A stretch of 64,000 nt of DNA from Candidatus Zixiibacteriota bacterium (GTDB lineage Bacteria > RBG-13-66-14 > B26-G2 > WVWN01): NCBI GenBank assembly GCA_050117845.1, contig JASFLY010000003.1, positions 24,851 to 88,850 on the forward strand, read 5' to 3'. The notes beneath the pieces were generated by a model. The model did no database searches, was not told the DNA's origin, and saw only the letters and a program-made list of their open reading frames with translations. Of the stretch, positions 55,224 through 64,000 are shown in pieces. A program made the translations under genes and the position numbers. Numbering within the stretch: position 1 is the stretch's first letter; each line of letters begins with the position of its first letter.

Positions 55224-56851
55224 TGACCGCCGACCTGCAAACACTCCTCGAACAGGCGCTCGCGGAGGCGAGCGCCGATATGGCGCCGGGCGAGGCCGAG
55301 TTCACGGTCCCCCCCGACGCCGACCACGGCGACCTTTCGACCAACGCCGCGCTCGTCTTCGGCAAGAAACTCGGCGTCAAGCCGCGCGACCTGGCCGGCG
55401 CCATCGCCGAAGCCCTCAAGGCCGCGCCGGACGCCGCCGCGGTCGAGGTCGCGGGGCCCGGATTCGTCAACGTACGCCTGGCCGACGAGGCGATTTTCGC
55501 CGCAGCCTCCCGGGCCCTCTCGGAAGGCGACGACTACGGCCGGAGCGACGTGGGCCGGGGCGCCCGGGTGCAGGTCGAGTTCGTCTCCGCCAACCCCACC
55601 GGCCCGCTCAACGCCGTGAACGCCCGCGCCGCCGCCTACGGCGACGCCCTCGCCCGCCTCCTCGAGTTCACCGGCCACGCCGCCGCCCGGGAGTTCTACG
55701 TCTGCGACGTGGGGACGCAGATGGACCTGCTGGCCCAATCGGTCCGGGCGCGGATGCTGGAACTGAGAGGCGAAGCGGCGGAACTGCCGGAGGGCGGCTA
55801 CCGTGGCGAGTACGTCGTCGACCTGGCCCGGCAGCTATCCGAAGCCGGGGCCGTCTCGCCGGGCGACGACGACGGCCGCATCGCCGCCGCCGCCGCCGAG
55901 GCCGTCGTGGCCGGCCAGCGCGCCGACCTGGGGAGTTTCGGCGTCGAATTCGACGAGTGGTTTCCCGAATCGTCGCTCTATCCCGACGCCGTGGCCCGGG
56001 CCCGGAAGCTGTTGGCCGAACGGGCCGCGACCTACGAGAAGGACGGCGCCACGTGGCTGCGGACGACGGCCGCGGGCGACGACGAGGACCGCGTAATCGT
56101 CCGGGCCGACGGCAGGCCCACCTACTTCATGGCCGACGTCGCCTACCACCTGGACAAACACGAACGAGGCTTCACGAGGGTCATCGACGTCCTGGGCCCC
56201 GACCACCACGGCCACGTGAAGAAACTCCACGCCATGGTGGAACTGCTGGGCCTGCCGGCCGACTGGCTGGAGGTCGTCATCTGCCAGCAGGTGAATATGC
56301 TGGAGGGCGGCGAGAAGGTCAAGATGTCGAAACGGGCCGGCGCCCTGGTCACGATGCGCGAGGTCCTGGAGCAGATAGGCACCGACGCCGCGCGCTTCTT
56401 CTTTTTAATGCGGACCCCCCCGGCCCACCTCGACTTCGACCTCGAGCTCGCGCGCAGCCAGACGCCGGATAACCCGGTGTACTACGCCCAGTACTGCCAC
56501 GCCCGCGTCGAGAGCGTCCGGCGGGAAGCGGGCGAAGACATGGCGAACGCCTCCCCCCAAGACTTCGACGCCGCCGAACTACCCCTCCCCGAGGAACGCC
56601 TTCTCGCCCGGACCATCTGGGAGTTCCCCGGCTTCGTCGAAGCCGCGGCCGCCCGCCGCGAGCCCCACCGCCTGACGGCGTACGCCGGCCGGCTGGCCTC
56701 CCTCTTCCATAATTATTATCACCACCACCGCATCCTCCAGGCCGACACGGCGGGCCAGGCCCGCGCCCGGCTCTTCCTCGCCCGGGCGGTGGGCCGGACC
56801 ATGAAAAACGCGCTCGGCCTGTTGGGCGTGAGCGCGCCGTCCCGCATGTAA
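55223..56851 (+). CDS. argS: Arginine--tRNA ligase
   Basis: …VEFVSANPTGPLNAVNARAAAYGDAL… (class I HIGH-like) and …KMSKRAG (KMSKS); 542 aa. Confidence 0.9.
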   Translation: MTADLQTLLEQALAEASADMAPGEAEFTVPPDADHGDLSTNAALVFGKKLGVKPRDLAGAIAEALKAAPDAAAVEVAGPGFVNVRLADEAIFAAASRALSEGDDYGRSDVGRGARVQVEFVSANPTGPLNAVNARAAAYGDALARLLEFTGHAAAREFYVCDVGTQMDLLAQSVRARMLELRGEAAELPEGGYRGEYVVDLARQLSEAGAVSPGDDDGRIAAAAAEAVVAGQRADLGSFGVEFDEWFPESSLYPDAVARARKLLAERAATYEKDGATWLRTTAAGDDEDRVIVRADGRPTYFMADVAYHLDKHERGFTRVIDVLGPDHHGHVKKLHAMVELLGLPADWLEVVICQQVNMLEGGEKVKMSKRAGALVTMREVLEQIGTDAARFFFLMRTPPAHLDFDLELARSQTPDNPVYYAQYCHARVESVRREAGEDMANASPQDFDAAELPLPEERLLARTIWEFPGFVEAAAARREPHRLTAYAGRLASLFHNYYHHHRILQADTAGQARARLFLARAVGRTMKNALGLLGVSAPSRM

Positions 56852-56871
56852 AGGGGCAGTTAAGGAGTGAA

Positions 56872-58488
56872 TCAGGACCCGCGGCCCGCCGCGGGTTTTA
56901 GTTTTACGCCCGGCTCAACGAAGACGACCTCGCCGCCGCGCGGGAGAACGCGCCCCGCGGGCCCCTTGGCCCGGCGGACGTGGCGCCGCTCGACGACGAT
57001 GACCGGGACCAGGCCCGAGTGCTTATCGCCGGAGTAGAAGGCCGCCAGCGCCGCCGCCTCTTCCACCGTGCGGCGCGGCACCGGCTTATTCTTGTCGTCC
57101 CGACGTATCACGACGTGCGAACCCCGGGCCTGCTCCGCGTGGAGCCACAGGTCGTGGGGCCGGGCGACCTTGAAGGTAATCTCGTCGTTCTCGGCGGCGC
57201 TCCGGCCTACGATGACGAGTAAGCCGTCGGACGACAGGAAACGCCGACCGGGACCCGATTGAACCTTGCCCGCCGACTTCGCGGCCGGCCCATCGTCCTC
57301 CCGCCAGGGCTCTAGTTCCTCGAGCGACGTCGCCTCCCGCAGTTCCGCGAGTTCCGCCCGGGCTTCGGCCAGTTCGCCGTCGAGCGCCGCGAGCCGTTCG
57401 GCCACGGCCTCCACGCCCCGTTTGGCCCGCCGGTACTTTTTGAAGAGCCGTTCCATATTCTCCGCCGGCGACAGGTCGGCTTGCAACTCTATTTCAAGGT
57501 CGCCGCCGCCGTACGGATCCGGCAAGGTCACGGAGGGCATGCCGCGGCGAAGCGAGGCCAGGTTGTACTTCAACGCCTCCCCCATCCTCCTGTAATCCTC
57601 ATATTGGCCGTACTCGTCGCGGCGCCGCTCCAGCTCGCGGCGCTGGCGCTCGAGCCGCTTCACCCGGGTCGCGAGGCGCCGCTCCGCCGCCCGCCGTTCG
57701 TCGTCGAAACGCGAGGCCGTCTCGTTCTCGGCGTAAGCGTACGCCACGGCCTCGTTGACGCCGTCGAAACGCCGCACCTCGGCGGCGTCGGCGTCGAACA
57801 ACGGCCCCGCGTACGGCCGCCACGTACCGTCCACAAGCACGGCCGCGGGGGCCGTCTCCCCGGCGGCTACACGGGCGAAGGCTCCGAAACGCTCGGCCGC
57901 GTGCTCTTCCGTCCCGCCGGCGACTATCCACCGCGCTACGAGGGGAGACATATAAGCCACGCCGCGGGAGAGAGCCGCGGCGCCTTCTTCGACCAGGTAC
58001 GGCCCCGGGCCCTCGGCCGCCGCGTCGGCCGCGGCCTTGCGGCCCCGGTCGCCGGGCCAGGGGTACGGTTCCCCCACGGGGAGTTTCCGGCCGGCCAGGC
58101 ATTCGGCCACGGCGTCGCCCTCCAAAACGAAGACGCCGCCGGCCCGGCCGAAGAACTCCGCCACTACCCGGCGCGCCCCCCCCGGCCCCCCCTGCCCCGC
58201 GACGTCGATTATCAATATGCGGTCGTCGTACCACTGGCGGAATTCGACTATCCGGGCGTCCTCCAAAGACGACCGGACGCGCCCCCGCCTGCCGCTCCGT
58301 ATCTCCTCGGCGAAAAACGCGGCCCCGCCGTCGCCCGGGGCGAGCGTCAACGTACGGCGGTTGCCGTCCGCGGCCGTAAGGGCCAACGCGACCGGCGCCT
58401 CCGGCAAACGGAAAACGCCTACCACAGCCGAGCCGGCCAGGGCCGAATTTAATTCGGGGAGTAAAACCGATAAGGTTAGCTCATCCAA
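56872..58488 (-). CDS. rqcH: NFACT-family ribosome quality-control protein (RqcH / FbpA-like) with C-terminal NFACT-R (DUF814)
   Basis: 538 aa; central coiled coil; C-terminal …DLWLHAEQARGSHVVIRRDD…. Confidence 0.7.
   Translation of the reverse strand: MDELTLSVLLPELNSALAGSAVVGVFRLPEAPVALALTAADGNRRTLTLAPGDGGAAFFAEEIRSGRRGRVRSSLEDARIVEFRQWYDDRILIIDVAGQGGPGGARRVVAEFFGRAGGVFVLEGDAVAECLAGRKLPVGEPYPWPGDRGRKAAADAAAEGPGPYLVEEGAAALSRGVAYMSPLVARWIVAGGTEEHAAERFGAFARVAAGETAPAAVLVDGTWRPYAGPLFDADAAEVRRFDGVNEAVAYAYAENETASRFDDERRAAERRLATRVKRLERQRRELERRRDEYGQYEDYRRMGEALKYNLASLRRGMPSVTLPDPYGGGDLEIELQADLSPAENMERLFKKYRRAKRGVEAVAERLAALDGELAEARAELAELREATSLEELEPWREDDGPAAKSAGKVQSGPGRRFLSSDGLLVIVGRSAAENDEITFKVARPHDLWLHAEQARGSHVVIRRDDKNKPVPRRTVEEAAALAAFYSGDKHSGLVPVIVVERRHVRRAKGPAGRVLPRGGEVVFVEPGVKLKPAAGRGS
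56878..56905 (+). terminator. Rho-independent terminator for argS, embedded in the last codons of the convergent rqcH
   Basis: CCCGCGGcccgCCGCGGGttttagtttt. Confidence 0.5.
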
Positions 58489-58548
58489 ACGTGAAATCCT
58501 TCGCTTTAACCTTGACTTTCGCGCCGGGGCGGCCGATAATTACGGCGT

Positions 58549-58911
58549 ATGGAAGCGTTATTCGACGTGCTGGACTACTTCACCTACGGTATCGCCATCG
58601 TCGGCGGCCTGCTGGCGATCCTCTGGATTTTTAATAGTACCATTAAGGAACGCCGGGGCGTAGAACGCCGCGCGGCGCGGGTGCGAAACCCCGCGTTCGA
58701 ACGCATCCTGACCCAGGGCGCGTTACTCCAGCGTCTCGGCTTCAGCACGGCCTCCGTCGCTACCGGCGTCGCCATTCTCTGGTTCGCCCGGGGTTATTAT
58801 AACAAATACCACGTCAACGTCGCGACCGCGTACTTTTACGTGGCCGCGGTTCTTATCGGCATTGGGGCCATCGGCGTTATACTATGTTTACTCTTCCGAA
58901 ATAAGGAGTGA
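58549..58911 (+). CDS. Small hypothetical membrane protein (120 aa, ~3 TM helices)
   Basis: Hydrophobic segments (…YFTYGIAIVGGLLAILWIF…, …VATGVAILWF…, …YVAAVLIGIGAIGVILCLLF…); no other ORF explains this interval. Confidence 0.4.
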   Translation: MEALFDVLDYFTYGIAIVGGLLAILWIFNSTIKERRGVERRAARVRNPAFERILTQGALLQRLGFSTASVATGVAILWFARGYYNKYHVNVATAYFYVAAVLIGIGAIGVILCLLFRNKE

Positions 58912-58915
58912 TAAT

Positions 58916-59827
58916 ATGAAAAAGATATCCGTAATTATATCAGCCATACTCGTCGCTACCGCCCTTTTGTTCTGGGGCTGCGGTACGACCGACCAACCCA
59001 CCGTCAAATGGCTGAGTTCCATGGAAGAGGGTAAAGAGAAGGCGACATCGGAGAAGAAGCACCTCCTCGTATATTATAGCGCCGACTGGAGTAAGATGTC
59101 GGAGCGGTTCGAGGACGACGTCCTGGACGACGCCACGGTCGAGGAAAAACTGGCCGCCGACTTCATAGCGGTCCACATCGATTCCGACGTGGACGAGGAG
59201 ACGCCGGTCGCGTACAACGTAAACGCCTTCCCCACTACCATCTTCTATACGCCCACCGGCGAGGAGGTTACCCGGGTCGTGGGCGCGGTCCCGGCCGAGG
59301 AATTCGCGAAACTGGTGGACGACATTGTGGCCGGGAAAGTCGAGACGTTGGTGCAGCTCCTGGCCCGCGAGGAGGCCAACCCGGACGACCTGAAACTCGC
59401 GTACGAGATAGGGACGATGTACGTCGAGACGGGCCGGCCGGAGAAAGCCCGGTCCCGCTTCGATAAGGTCATCGCGGGCGACGCGGAGAACGGAACCGGC
59501 CTCGTCCCCGGCGCACTCCTGCAACGGGGTTTCATCGACCTAATGGCCCCCAACGCGGAGGGCGCGATTCCGGCCTTCAACGAGGTCATAGAGAAATACC
59601 CCGATTCCCCGGAAGCGGTTAAATGCTACCTCTACCTGGGCGACGCCGACCATCTACTCGACGACGTTGAGGGAGCCGTAGAAGCCTACCGTCACGTCGT
59701 CGAGGCTTACCCGGATTCCCCGGAGGCGGAAGAGGCCCAACGCAAACTGACGAAGCTTACGATGTTCGAGGATACCGTGGAAGCTTTCGCCCAGGGTCCC
59801 GAGACGGCGGCCGGCGAAGGCAAATAG
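58916..59827 (+). CDS. Lipoprotein with thioredoxin-like fold lacking the CxxC active site, plus C-terminal TPR-like repeats
   Basis: Strong RBS aaggag 8 nt before the ATG at 58916. The signal peptide and lipobox are within MKKISVIISAILVATALLFWGCGT. The thioredoxin-like block (…HLLVYYSADWSKMSERFEDDVLDD…AFPTTIFY…) has SKMS where CxxC is expected. TPR-like helices follow (…YEIGTMYVETGRPEKARSRFDKVIAGD…). The track ORF from 58862 is a spurious 18-codon extension. Confidence 0.6.
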   Translation: MKKISVIISAILVATALLFWGCGTTDQPTVKWLSSMEEGKEKATSEKKHLLVYYSADWSKMSERFEDDVLDDATVEEKLAADFIAVHIDSDVDEETPVAYNVNAFPTTIFYTPTGEEVTRVVGAVPAEEFAKLVDDIVAGKVETLVQLLAREEANPDDLKLAYEIGTMYVETGRPEKARSRFDKVIAGDAENGTGLVPGALLQRGFIDLMAPNAEGAIPAFNEVIEKYPDSPEAVKCYLYLGDADHLLDDVEGAVEAYRHVVEAYPDSPEAEEAQRKLTKLTMFEDTVEAFAQGPETAAGEGK

Positions 59828-59849
59828 GACGGCGGTAAAGCACGCGAAA

Positions 59850-59883
59850 ACAAAAAGCCGACCCGCGGGGCCGGCTTTTTTAC
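59850..59883. terminator. Bidirectional rho-independent terminator between convergent genes
   Basis: aaaacaaaaaGCCGacCCGCGGGgCCGGCttttttt. Confidence 0.55.
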
Positions 59884-59894
59884 TTGTAAGATTG

Positions 59895-60824
59895 TTACGC
59901 CGGGCTACCGGCCGGTTTCGGCCGTCGTATGGACTCCGGTTCGCGCAGGATGAAGTAGCGCGGATTAACGGGGATGCCGTCCTTGATAACCTCGTAATGG
60001 ACGTGGGTGCAACTCGAGCGGCCGGTGCTCCCCACGTACCCGATGACCTGACCCCGTTTCACCTCGGATCCGACGCGTACGGCGTTCCGCATATTATGGG
60101 CATAGCGGGTAACGTAGCCGCTGCCGTGGTCTATCTGGACCGTCAGGCCGTAATGCTCCTCCAGGCCCGCCGCCGTTACGACGCCCGCCGCCGTCGCGAC
60201 GACGGGAGTGCCGCGCGGCGCCGCGACGTCTAGGCCCGCGTGCATCTCCACCCTTCCGGTGAACGGCGACACGGTGTTGCCGAAGTCCCGGTATAGCCAG
60301 CCCTGGCAGGGCATAATGGACGGCACGACCTCGAGCAGGCCCGGGTCCTCGTCGAAACGCGTGCTGACCTTACCCAGGTTCTCCTCGAGCCGGGCGACGC
60401 GTTCGGCGACGCCGTCGAGCGTCCCCGCGTTATCCAGTTCCTCGTATACCAGCAGGTCTTCGGGGTCCCGGACCTCGTGGAGGCGATGTTCGCGCTCCAG
60501 GAGTTCGTATTGGCCGCCGACCTCCTCGACCTTGACGTCGAGTTCGTCGAGACCCTTTTCCATCACGTCGAGCTTGTAACTCTCCTCGCGCTCCCGCTTC
60601 TCGTACGCGCCGAGCTGGGAAAGTTTTATAACGTTTTTCCAGTAATCGGAAACCATCAAACCCGCCGCCACGAGAACGGCAAGCGTCCCCGATACCAAAA
60701 ACACGAGCACGATGACGTGGACGAGGAGGTTCCGGCTCCGGCCGCCGCCGTGCGGAACGATCATCACGTTCATCCGGCCGCTCTTGGCGCGGGCCGATTT
60801 ATTCTTGTCCTTCTTCTTAAACAT
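59895..60824 (-). CDS. M23 family metallopeptidase (second copy in the window)
   Basis: TM anchor and coiled coil, then …HAGLDVAAPRGTPVVATAAGVVTAAG…TVQIDHGSGYVTRYAHN…THVHYEVIKDGIPVNP. Confidence 0.8.
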   Translation of the reverse strand: MFKKKDKNKSARAKSGRMNVMIVPHGGGRSRNLLVHVIVLVFLVSGTLAVLVAAGLMVSDYWKNVIKLSQLGAYEKREREESYKLDVMEKGLDELDVKVEEVGGQYELLEREHRLHEVRDPEDLLVYEELDNAGTLDGVAERVARLEENLGKVSTRFDEDPGLLEVVPSIMPCQGWLYRDFGNTVSPFTGRVEMHAGLDVAAPRGTPVVATAAGVVTAAGLEEHYGLTVQIDHGSGYVTRYAHNMRNAVRVGSEVKRGQVIGYVGSTGRSSCTHVHYEVIKDGIPVNPRYFILREPESIRRPKPAGSPA

Positions 60825-61073
60825 GGAGTTAACCCGCGTATTTTACCGAAAAACCGCCGGCCGGTCAAGGTCAATCCGTAGCCCGCACGGGCCGGTAAGC
60901 CCTTTCTTTGCCGCTGTGGACGCCGCTCCGCGTCGGCCGCCGCGGGCTCCGGGCGCCTCCTCGCGCGCTGCGGGGTCGCCCTCCGCACTGTAGTCGACGC
61001 CGGACCTACCGTTCGCGGGACGGGGATTATCGCCCGTCGGGCCAACGGGTACCAGCACTCGATAATACGAGTT

Positions 61074-61820
61074 CTATTGGGGGGGGTTAGGCCGACCCGC
61101 CAGCGTTTTTTTCTTCCGCCGCAGACGCAATACGCCCAGGAACGCGGTCAATATCTCCGTGCGGGAAAGGTTGGATTGGCCTCGCCGCCGGTTAACGAAA
61201 ACGGTCGGCACGTCGGCGAAGCGGCAGCCCCGGAGGTAAAGTTGGTAGGCTATCTCGCTCAGGACGATGTACCCGGACGCGTCGATCAACGAGGGGTCGA
61301 GCGCCTCCACCGCCGACCGTCGGTAGCAGCGGTATCCGTTGGTGTAGTCCGAGATGGGAATGCGCAGGAAAAAGCGGGCGTAGAGGTTGGCCAGTTTGCT
61401 AAAAAAGCGCCGGGTCCCGGGCCAATTCTCTATGCGGGAATCCGGCAGGTAGCGCGACCCGACGACGACGTCCGCCGCCGCCACCGCATCGAGGAATAGC
61501 GGCAGCTCCTCCGGCCGGTGCGAGAAGTCGGCGTCCATCTCGAAGAAGAGGTCGTAATCCCCCGGAAGGCCGCGTGCGAAGCCGGCCAGCACCGCTCCCC
61601 CCCGGCCGCCCTTGCCCTCCCGGCACAGCACGTCCATGCGGCCGGGGAACTCCGCCGCCACGGCCTCGGCCGCCGCGGCCGTGCCGTCCGGCGAGTTATC
61701 GTCCACCACGAGGACGTCAGGCCGCTCCGGCCTCTCCAACAGGACCCGACACAAGGCGGGGACGTTATCGTGCTCGTTATACGTCGGAATAACTACGAGG
61801 ATGCGAGGCGCCATTATCAC
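61074..61820 (-). CDS. GT2-family polyprenyl-phosphate glycosyltransferase (Dpm1 / polyprenol monophosphomannose synthase-like; ArnC-like)
   Basis: MIMAPRILVVIPTYNEHDNVPALC…VLVVDDNSPDGT…GKGGRGGAV…FEMDADFSHRP…; 248 aa with no C-terminal TM helices. Confidence 0.8.
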   Translation of the reverse strand: MIMAPRILVVIPTYNEHDNVPALCRVLLERPERPDVLVVDDNSPDGTAAAAEAVAAEFPGRMDVLCREGKGGRGGAVLAGFARGLPGDYDLFFEMDADFSHRPEELPLFLDAVAAADVVVGSRYLPDSRIENWPGTRRFFSKLANLYARFFLRIPISDYTNGYRCYRRSAVEALDPSLIDASGYIVLSEIAYQLYLRGCRFADVPTVFVNRRRGQSNLSRTEILTAFLGVLRLRRKKKTLAGRPNPPQ

Positions 61821-61838
61821 CGTTCGCCCGGCGGCCGC

Positions 61839-63065
61839 TCAGCGGCCGGCGATAAACTCGTCGAAGAGGCCGACGACGTAATCGGCGTCGTCGTCCGTTA
61901 TGTTCTGGTGACAACCGATGTAGAAACCGCGCGAGCCGACGTACTCGGCCCCCGGGAAATCTCCCTCGCGGTGCCCCATCCATTCGTACGCCGGCTGTTG
62001 GGTGGGGATGGCCCCGAAGGCCGGCCTGGTCTCGACGCCGTGCTGCTCGAGATACTTGGTCAACTCGAAGCGCTGGAAGGGCGCCCCTTCCCGGACGACG
62101 ATGGGATAGCAGAGGGGGCTTATCTCCTCGCCCTCGGCGGGACGGAATAGCTTCAGGTATTCCTCGTACCGGACCAGCCGCTCGTTGTAATATTCCAGGC
62201 GGGCGCGCCGGGCCCCGACGATGTCGTCCATCAACGCGACCTGCTCGACGCCCAGCGCCGCCTCCAGCTCGTTCATCTTGCTGGAGAAACCGACGCGTTC
62301 GAAGTGGAAGCGAATATCGGTGTTGTCACCGTATTTGTAGCGGAGGGGGCAATAACTGGAGTCGACGTTGAGGACGCAGACCTTGCAATCGCAGGCGCGG
62401 CCGTGGGCGCGGATACTCCGGCAGAGGCGGGCCAGGTCGGCGTCGTCGGTTATGACCATGCCGCCCTCGCCCGTCGTCAGGATATGGGCCACGTAGAACG
62501 AATAGGTGGCCATGGCACCGAAGGTCCCGACGAGGCGGCCTTTGTAGCGGGCGCCGTGGGCCTCGGCGGCGTCCTCGATGAGCGTCAGATTATGGCGCCG
62601 CGCGACGTCCATAAGCTCGTCCAGCGGCGCCGGCCGGCCGAAGTTGTGCACGGCCATAATCGCGCGCGTCTTCGGCGTTATGGCGGCCTCGACGGCGGCG
62701 GGGTCGAGATTATAACTATCCGGGTCCACGTCCGCGAAACGGGGCGTCAGGCCGGCGTGCAGGACGGCGTTCGCGACCGAGATAAACGTGAGGGCGGGGA
62801 CCACTACCTCGTCGCCCCGCCGGGCCCCGGTCTCGAGCAGCGTCGCGACGGCGACGGCGTCGGCGTCGGTCCCGGTCGAGACCGCGATGCCGTACTGCAG
62901 GCCGTGGTACGCCGCGAAGGCGTCCTCGAATTCCTGGACGTATTTGCCGCCCGAAATCCGGCCCCGCGTCAGGGCTTCCATTACGCGTTTTTTCCCGTCC
63001 TCGCCCACGGCCACGGTGCCGACGGAGATGCGGCGCTCGGGGGCGGGCACCTTTTTTTCGACCAT
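61839..63065 (-). CDS. DegT/DnrJ/EryC1/StrS-family PLP-dependent sugar aminotransferase (ArnB-like) with a Cys-rich insertion
   Basis: …GKYVQEFEDAFAAYHGLQYGIAVSTGTDA…, the catalytic-Lys region …SFYVAHILTTGEGGMV…, and an unusual insert …AHGRACDCKVCVLNVDSSYCPLRYKYGDN…. Confidence 0.85.
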   Translation of the reverse strand: MVEKKVPAPERRISVGTVAVGEDGKKRVMEALTRGRISGGKYVQEFEDAFAAYHGLQYGIAVSTGTDADAVAVATLLETGARRGDEVVVPALTFISVANAVLHAGLTPRFADVDPDSYNLDPAAVEAAITPKTRAIMAVHNFGRPAPLDELMDVARRHNLTLIEDAAEAHGARYKGRLVGTFGAMATYSFYVAHILTTGEGGMVITDDADLARLCRSIRAHGRACDCKVCVLNVDSSYCPLRYKYGDNTDIRFHFERVGFSSKMNELEAALGVEQVALMDDIVGARRARLEYYNERLVRYEEYLKLFRPAEGEEISPLCYPIVVREGAPFQRFELTKYLEQHGVETRPAFGAIPTQQPAYEWMGHREGDFPGAEYVGSRGFYIGCHQNITDDDADYVVGLFDEFIAGR

Positions 63066-63177
63066 AAATTACCCTCGTGGAATCGGAATGTAAAACGGCG
63101 TCGGCCTGCGACGTACTACCGTAAAAAAGTAGTCCCGGTAAAGCTTTTAGGGGGCGAACGGGCCGGGGCCGTTTTAA

Positions 63178-63206
63178 TTGACGCTCAAATTGACGAATGC
63201 TATAAT
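63178..63206 (+). promoter_or_regulatory. Consensus sigma70 promoter (TTGACG-17-TATAAT) for folK-panB
   Basis: aaTTGACGctcaaattgacgaatgcTATAATgtatcataaaatacaattATGATG. Confidence 0.55.
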
Positions 63207-63224
63207 GTATCATAAAATACAATT

Positions 63225-63731
63225 ATGATGCGCGATAAAATAAATGCTTTCCTGGCCCTCGGTTCGAACGAGGGGGACCGTCTCGCGAATATCGACGCGG
63301 CCGAGTCCGCCGTAGCAAGCGCCTCCGGGATTTACCTCGACCGGTCGTCGCCCACGTACGAATCCCCGGCGGCCGAACCGTGCGAGGGGCAGCCCGACTT
63401 CCTCAACCGCGTACTGGCCATCGAGATCTGGCTCACGCCACGGGAGCTGCTCACGACCTGTCTCGATATCGAAAATAAGCTGGGCCGCGACAGAGGAAAA
63501 GAGGGCGACCCCCACGTGATAGACGTCGATATCCTGCTTTTCGGCGACCTTATCCTCGACGAAGCGGACCTCAAAATCCCGCACGAGGCCCTGGCGCGCC
63601 GGCCTTTCTTCCTCAAGCCCCTCGCCGACTTGACCGGAGACATCATCCTCCCCGGCTACGGCGTATCCATCAACAGCCTGCTGGCTGGACTCGCGCCGTA
63701 CGAGTTGACGCTTTTCGAAAAGAAATACTAA
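63225..63731 (+). CDS. folK: 2-amino-4-hydroxy-6-hydroxymethyldihydropteridine diphosphokinase
   Basis: …AFLALGSNEGDRLANIDAA…RSSPTYES…GQPDFLNRVLAIE…RWGPRVIDVDILLF-like block (HVIDVDILLFGD). Confidence 0.85.
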   Translation: MMRDKINAFLALGSNEGDRLANIDAAESAVASASGIYLDRSSPTYESPAAEPCEGQPDFLNRVLAIEIWLTPRELLTTCLDIENKLGRDRGKEGDPHVIDVDILLFGDLILDEADLKIPHEALARRPFFLKPLADLTGDIILPGYGVSINSLLAGLAPYELTLFEKKY

Positions 63732-63733
63732 AT

Positions 63734-64000
63734 ATGAATAAAACTACCGCCGCCGATATTATCAAACTCAAGCGCGATGGGAAACCCGTGGTATGCCTCA
63801 CGGCGTACGACTACCCCACCGGCGCCGTCGTGGACGAGGCCGGCGTAGACCTTATCCTCGTCGGCGATACGGTGGGAATGGTTGTCCAGGGCCGCGAGAA
63901 CACGCTGGCCGTCACGGTCGACGAAATGGTCTACCACGTCGCCATGGTCAAACGGGCGACGGAGCGGGCGATGCTCGTGGCCGATATGCCGTTTATGTCC
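63734..64000 (+). CDS. panB: 3-methyl-2-oxobutanoate hydroxymethyltransferase, N-terminal part (runs off the window)
   Basis: MNKTTAADIIKLKRDGKPVVCLTAYDYPTGAVVDEAGVDLILVGDTVGMVVQGRENTLAVTVDEMVYHV…. Confidence 0.85.
   Translation, partial: MNKTTAADIIKLKRDGKPVVCLTAYDYPTGAVVDEAGVDLILVGDTVGMVVQGRENTLAVTVDEMVYHVAMVKRATERAMLVADMPFMS

Noticed and set aside
55093-56472. 459-aa + strand ORF in an alternate frame of argS; also 51269..52717 + and 53516..54007 +
   Set aside because: Extremely Arg/Pro/Gly-rich alternate-frame translations; the annotated frames carry clear HIGH/KMSKS or aminotransferase motifs.
63177-63196. Direct repeat TTGACG…TTGACG upstream of folK, considered as a tandem operator or two promoters
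   Set aside because: Only the first TTGACG has a workable 17-nt spacing to TATAAT. The second is 5 nt from the -10 and is more simply part of the spacer.

Overview
This is a high-GC (~65–68%) bacterial chromosomal window of densely packed housekeeping genes. I found no rRNA, tRNA, CRISPR array or IS/transposase. The six-frame track contains many long spurious antisense or alternate-frame ORFs, as expected at this GC, so I called genes from recognisable protein families and from operon packing. The track takes the most-upstream ATG/GTG/TTG as start, so some true starts lie downstream of the listed ones.

Main blocks, start to end:
1. A minus-strand envelope/EPS-like operon: an FAD oxidoreductase, a giant secreted TPR plus transglutaminase-like protein, and a polyprenyl-phosphate sugar phosphotransferase (partial at the 5' edge).
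2. A lipoprotein and an SppA protease IV carrying an unusual N-terminal beta-barrel-like extension.
3. smpB, an AmiC-like amidase, rmuC, a GerMN protein, murI, a membrane class III adenylate cyclase, osmC, rph, tgt, a secreted beta-propeller, queA, yicC, a GT4 glycosyltransferase, and obg-rpmA-rplU.
4. A compositionally atypical (low-GC) ~1.1 kb insert with a consensus sigma70 promoter, a coiled-coil lipoprotein and a LysM protein.
5. dtd, then a ~7 kb minus-strand operon of overlapping genes: cca, acpS, pdxJ, PHP histidinol phosphatase, cvpA, a lipoprotein, a ThiD-ThiN fusion and an M23 peptidase.
6. An 11-subunit complex I operon (nuoABCDHIJKLMN, no nuoEFG here) interrupted at three places by non-nuo genes. 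Between nuoI and nuoJ sits a tandem array of four paralogous ~175-aa proteins of unknown function, one with an in-frame stop and one lacking a canonical start. Between nuoK and nuoL is a secreted protein; between nuoL and nuoM are a hypothetical protein and a TPR-like secreted protein.
7. A radical SAM/SPASM protein followed by two tandem paralogous polytopic GT-C-like (ArnT/PMT-like) membrane proteins. The second and third genes have near-identical promoters with a TAATAT -10.
8. A DUF4388 protein, a class I aminotransferase, rsfS, argS, rqcH, a thioredoxin-fold/TPR lipoprotein lacking CxxC, a second M23 peptidase, a DegT-family sugar aminotransferase plus a Dpm1-like GT2 (an ArnB/ArnC-like pair), folK, and the start of panB.

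The most noteworthy candidates for an undescribed system are the paralog array embedded inside the nuo operon and the rSAM/SPASM plus duplicated GT-C plus DegT/GT2 glycosylation module.
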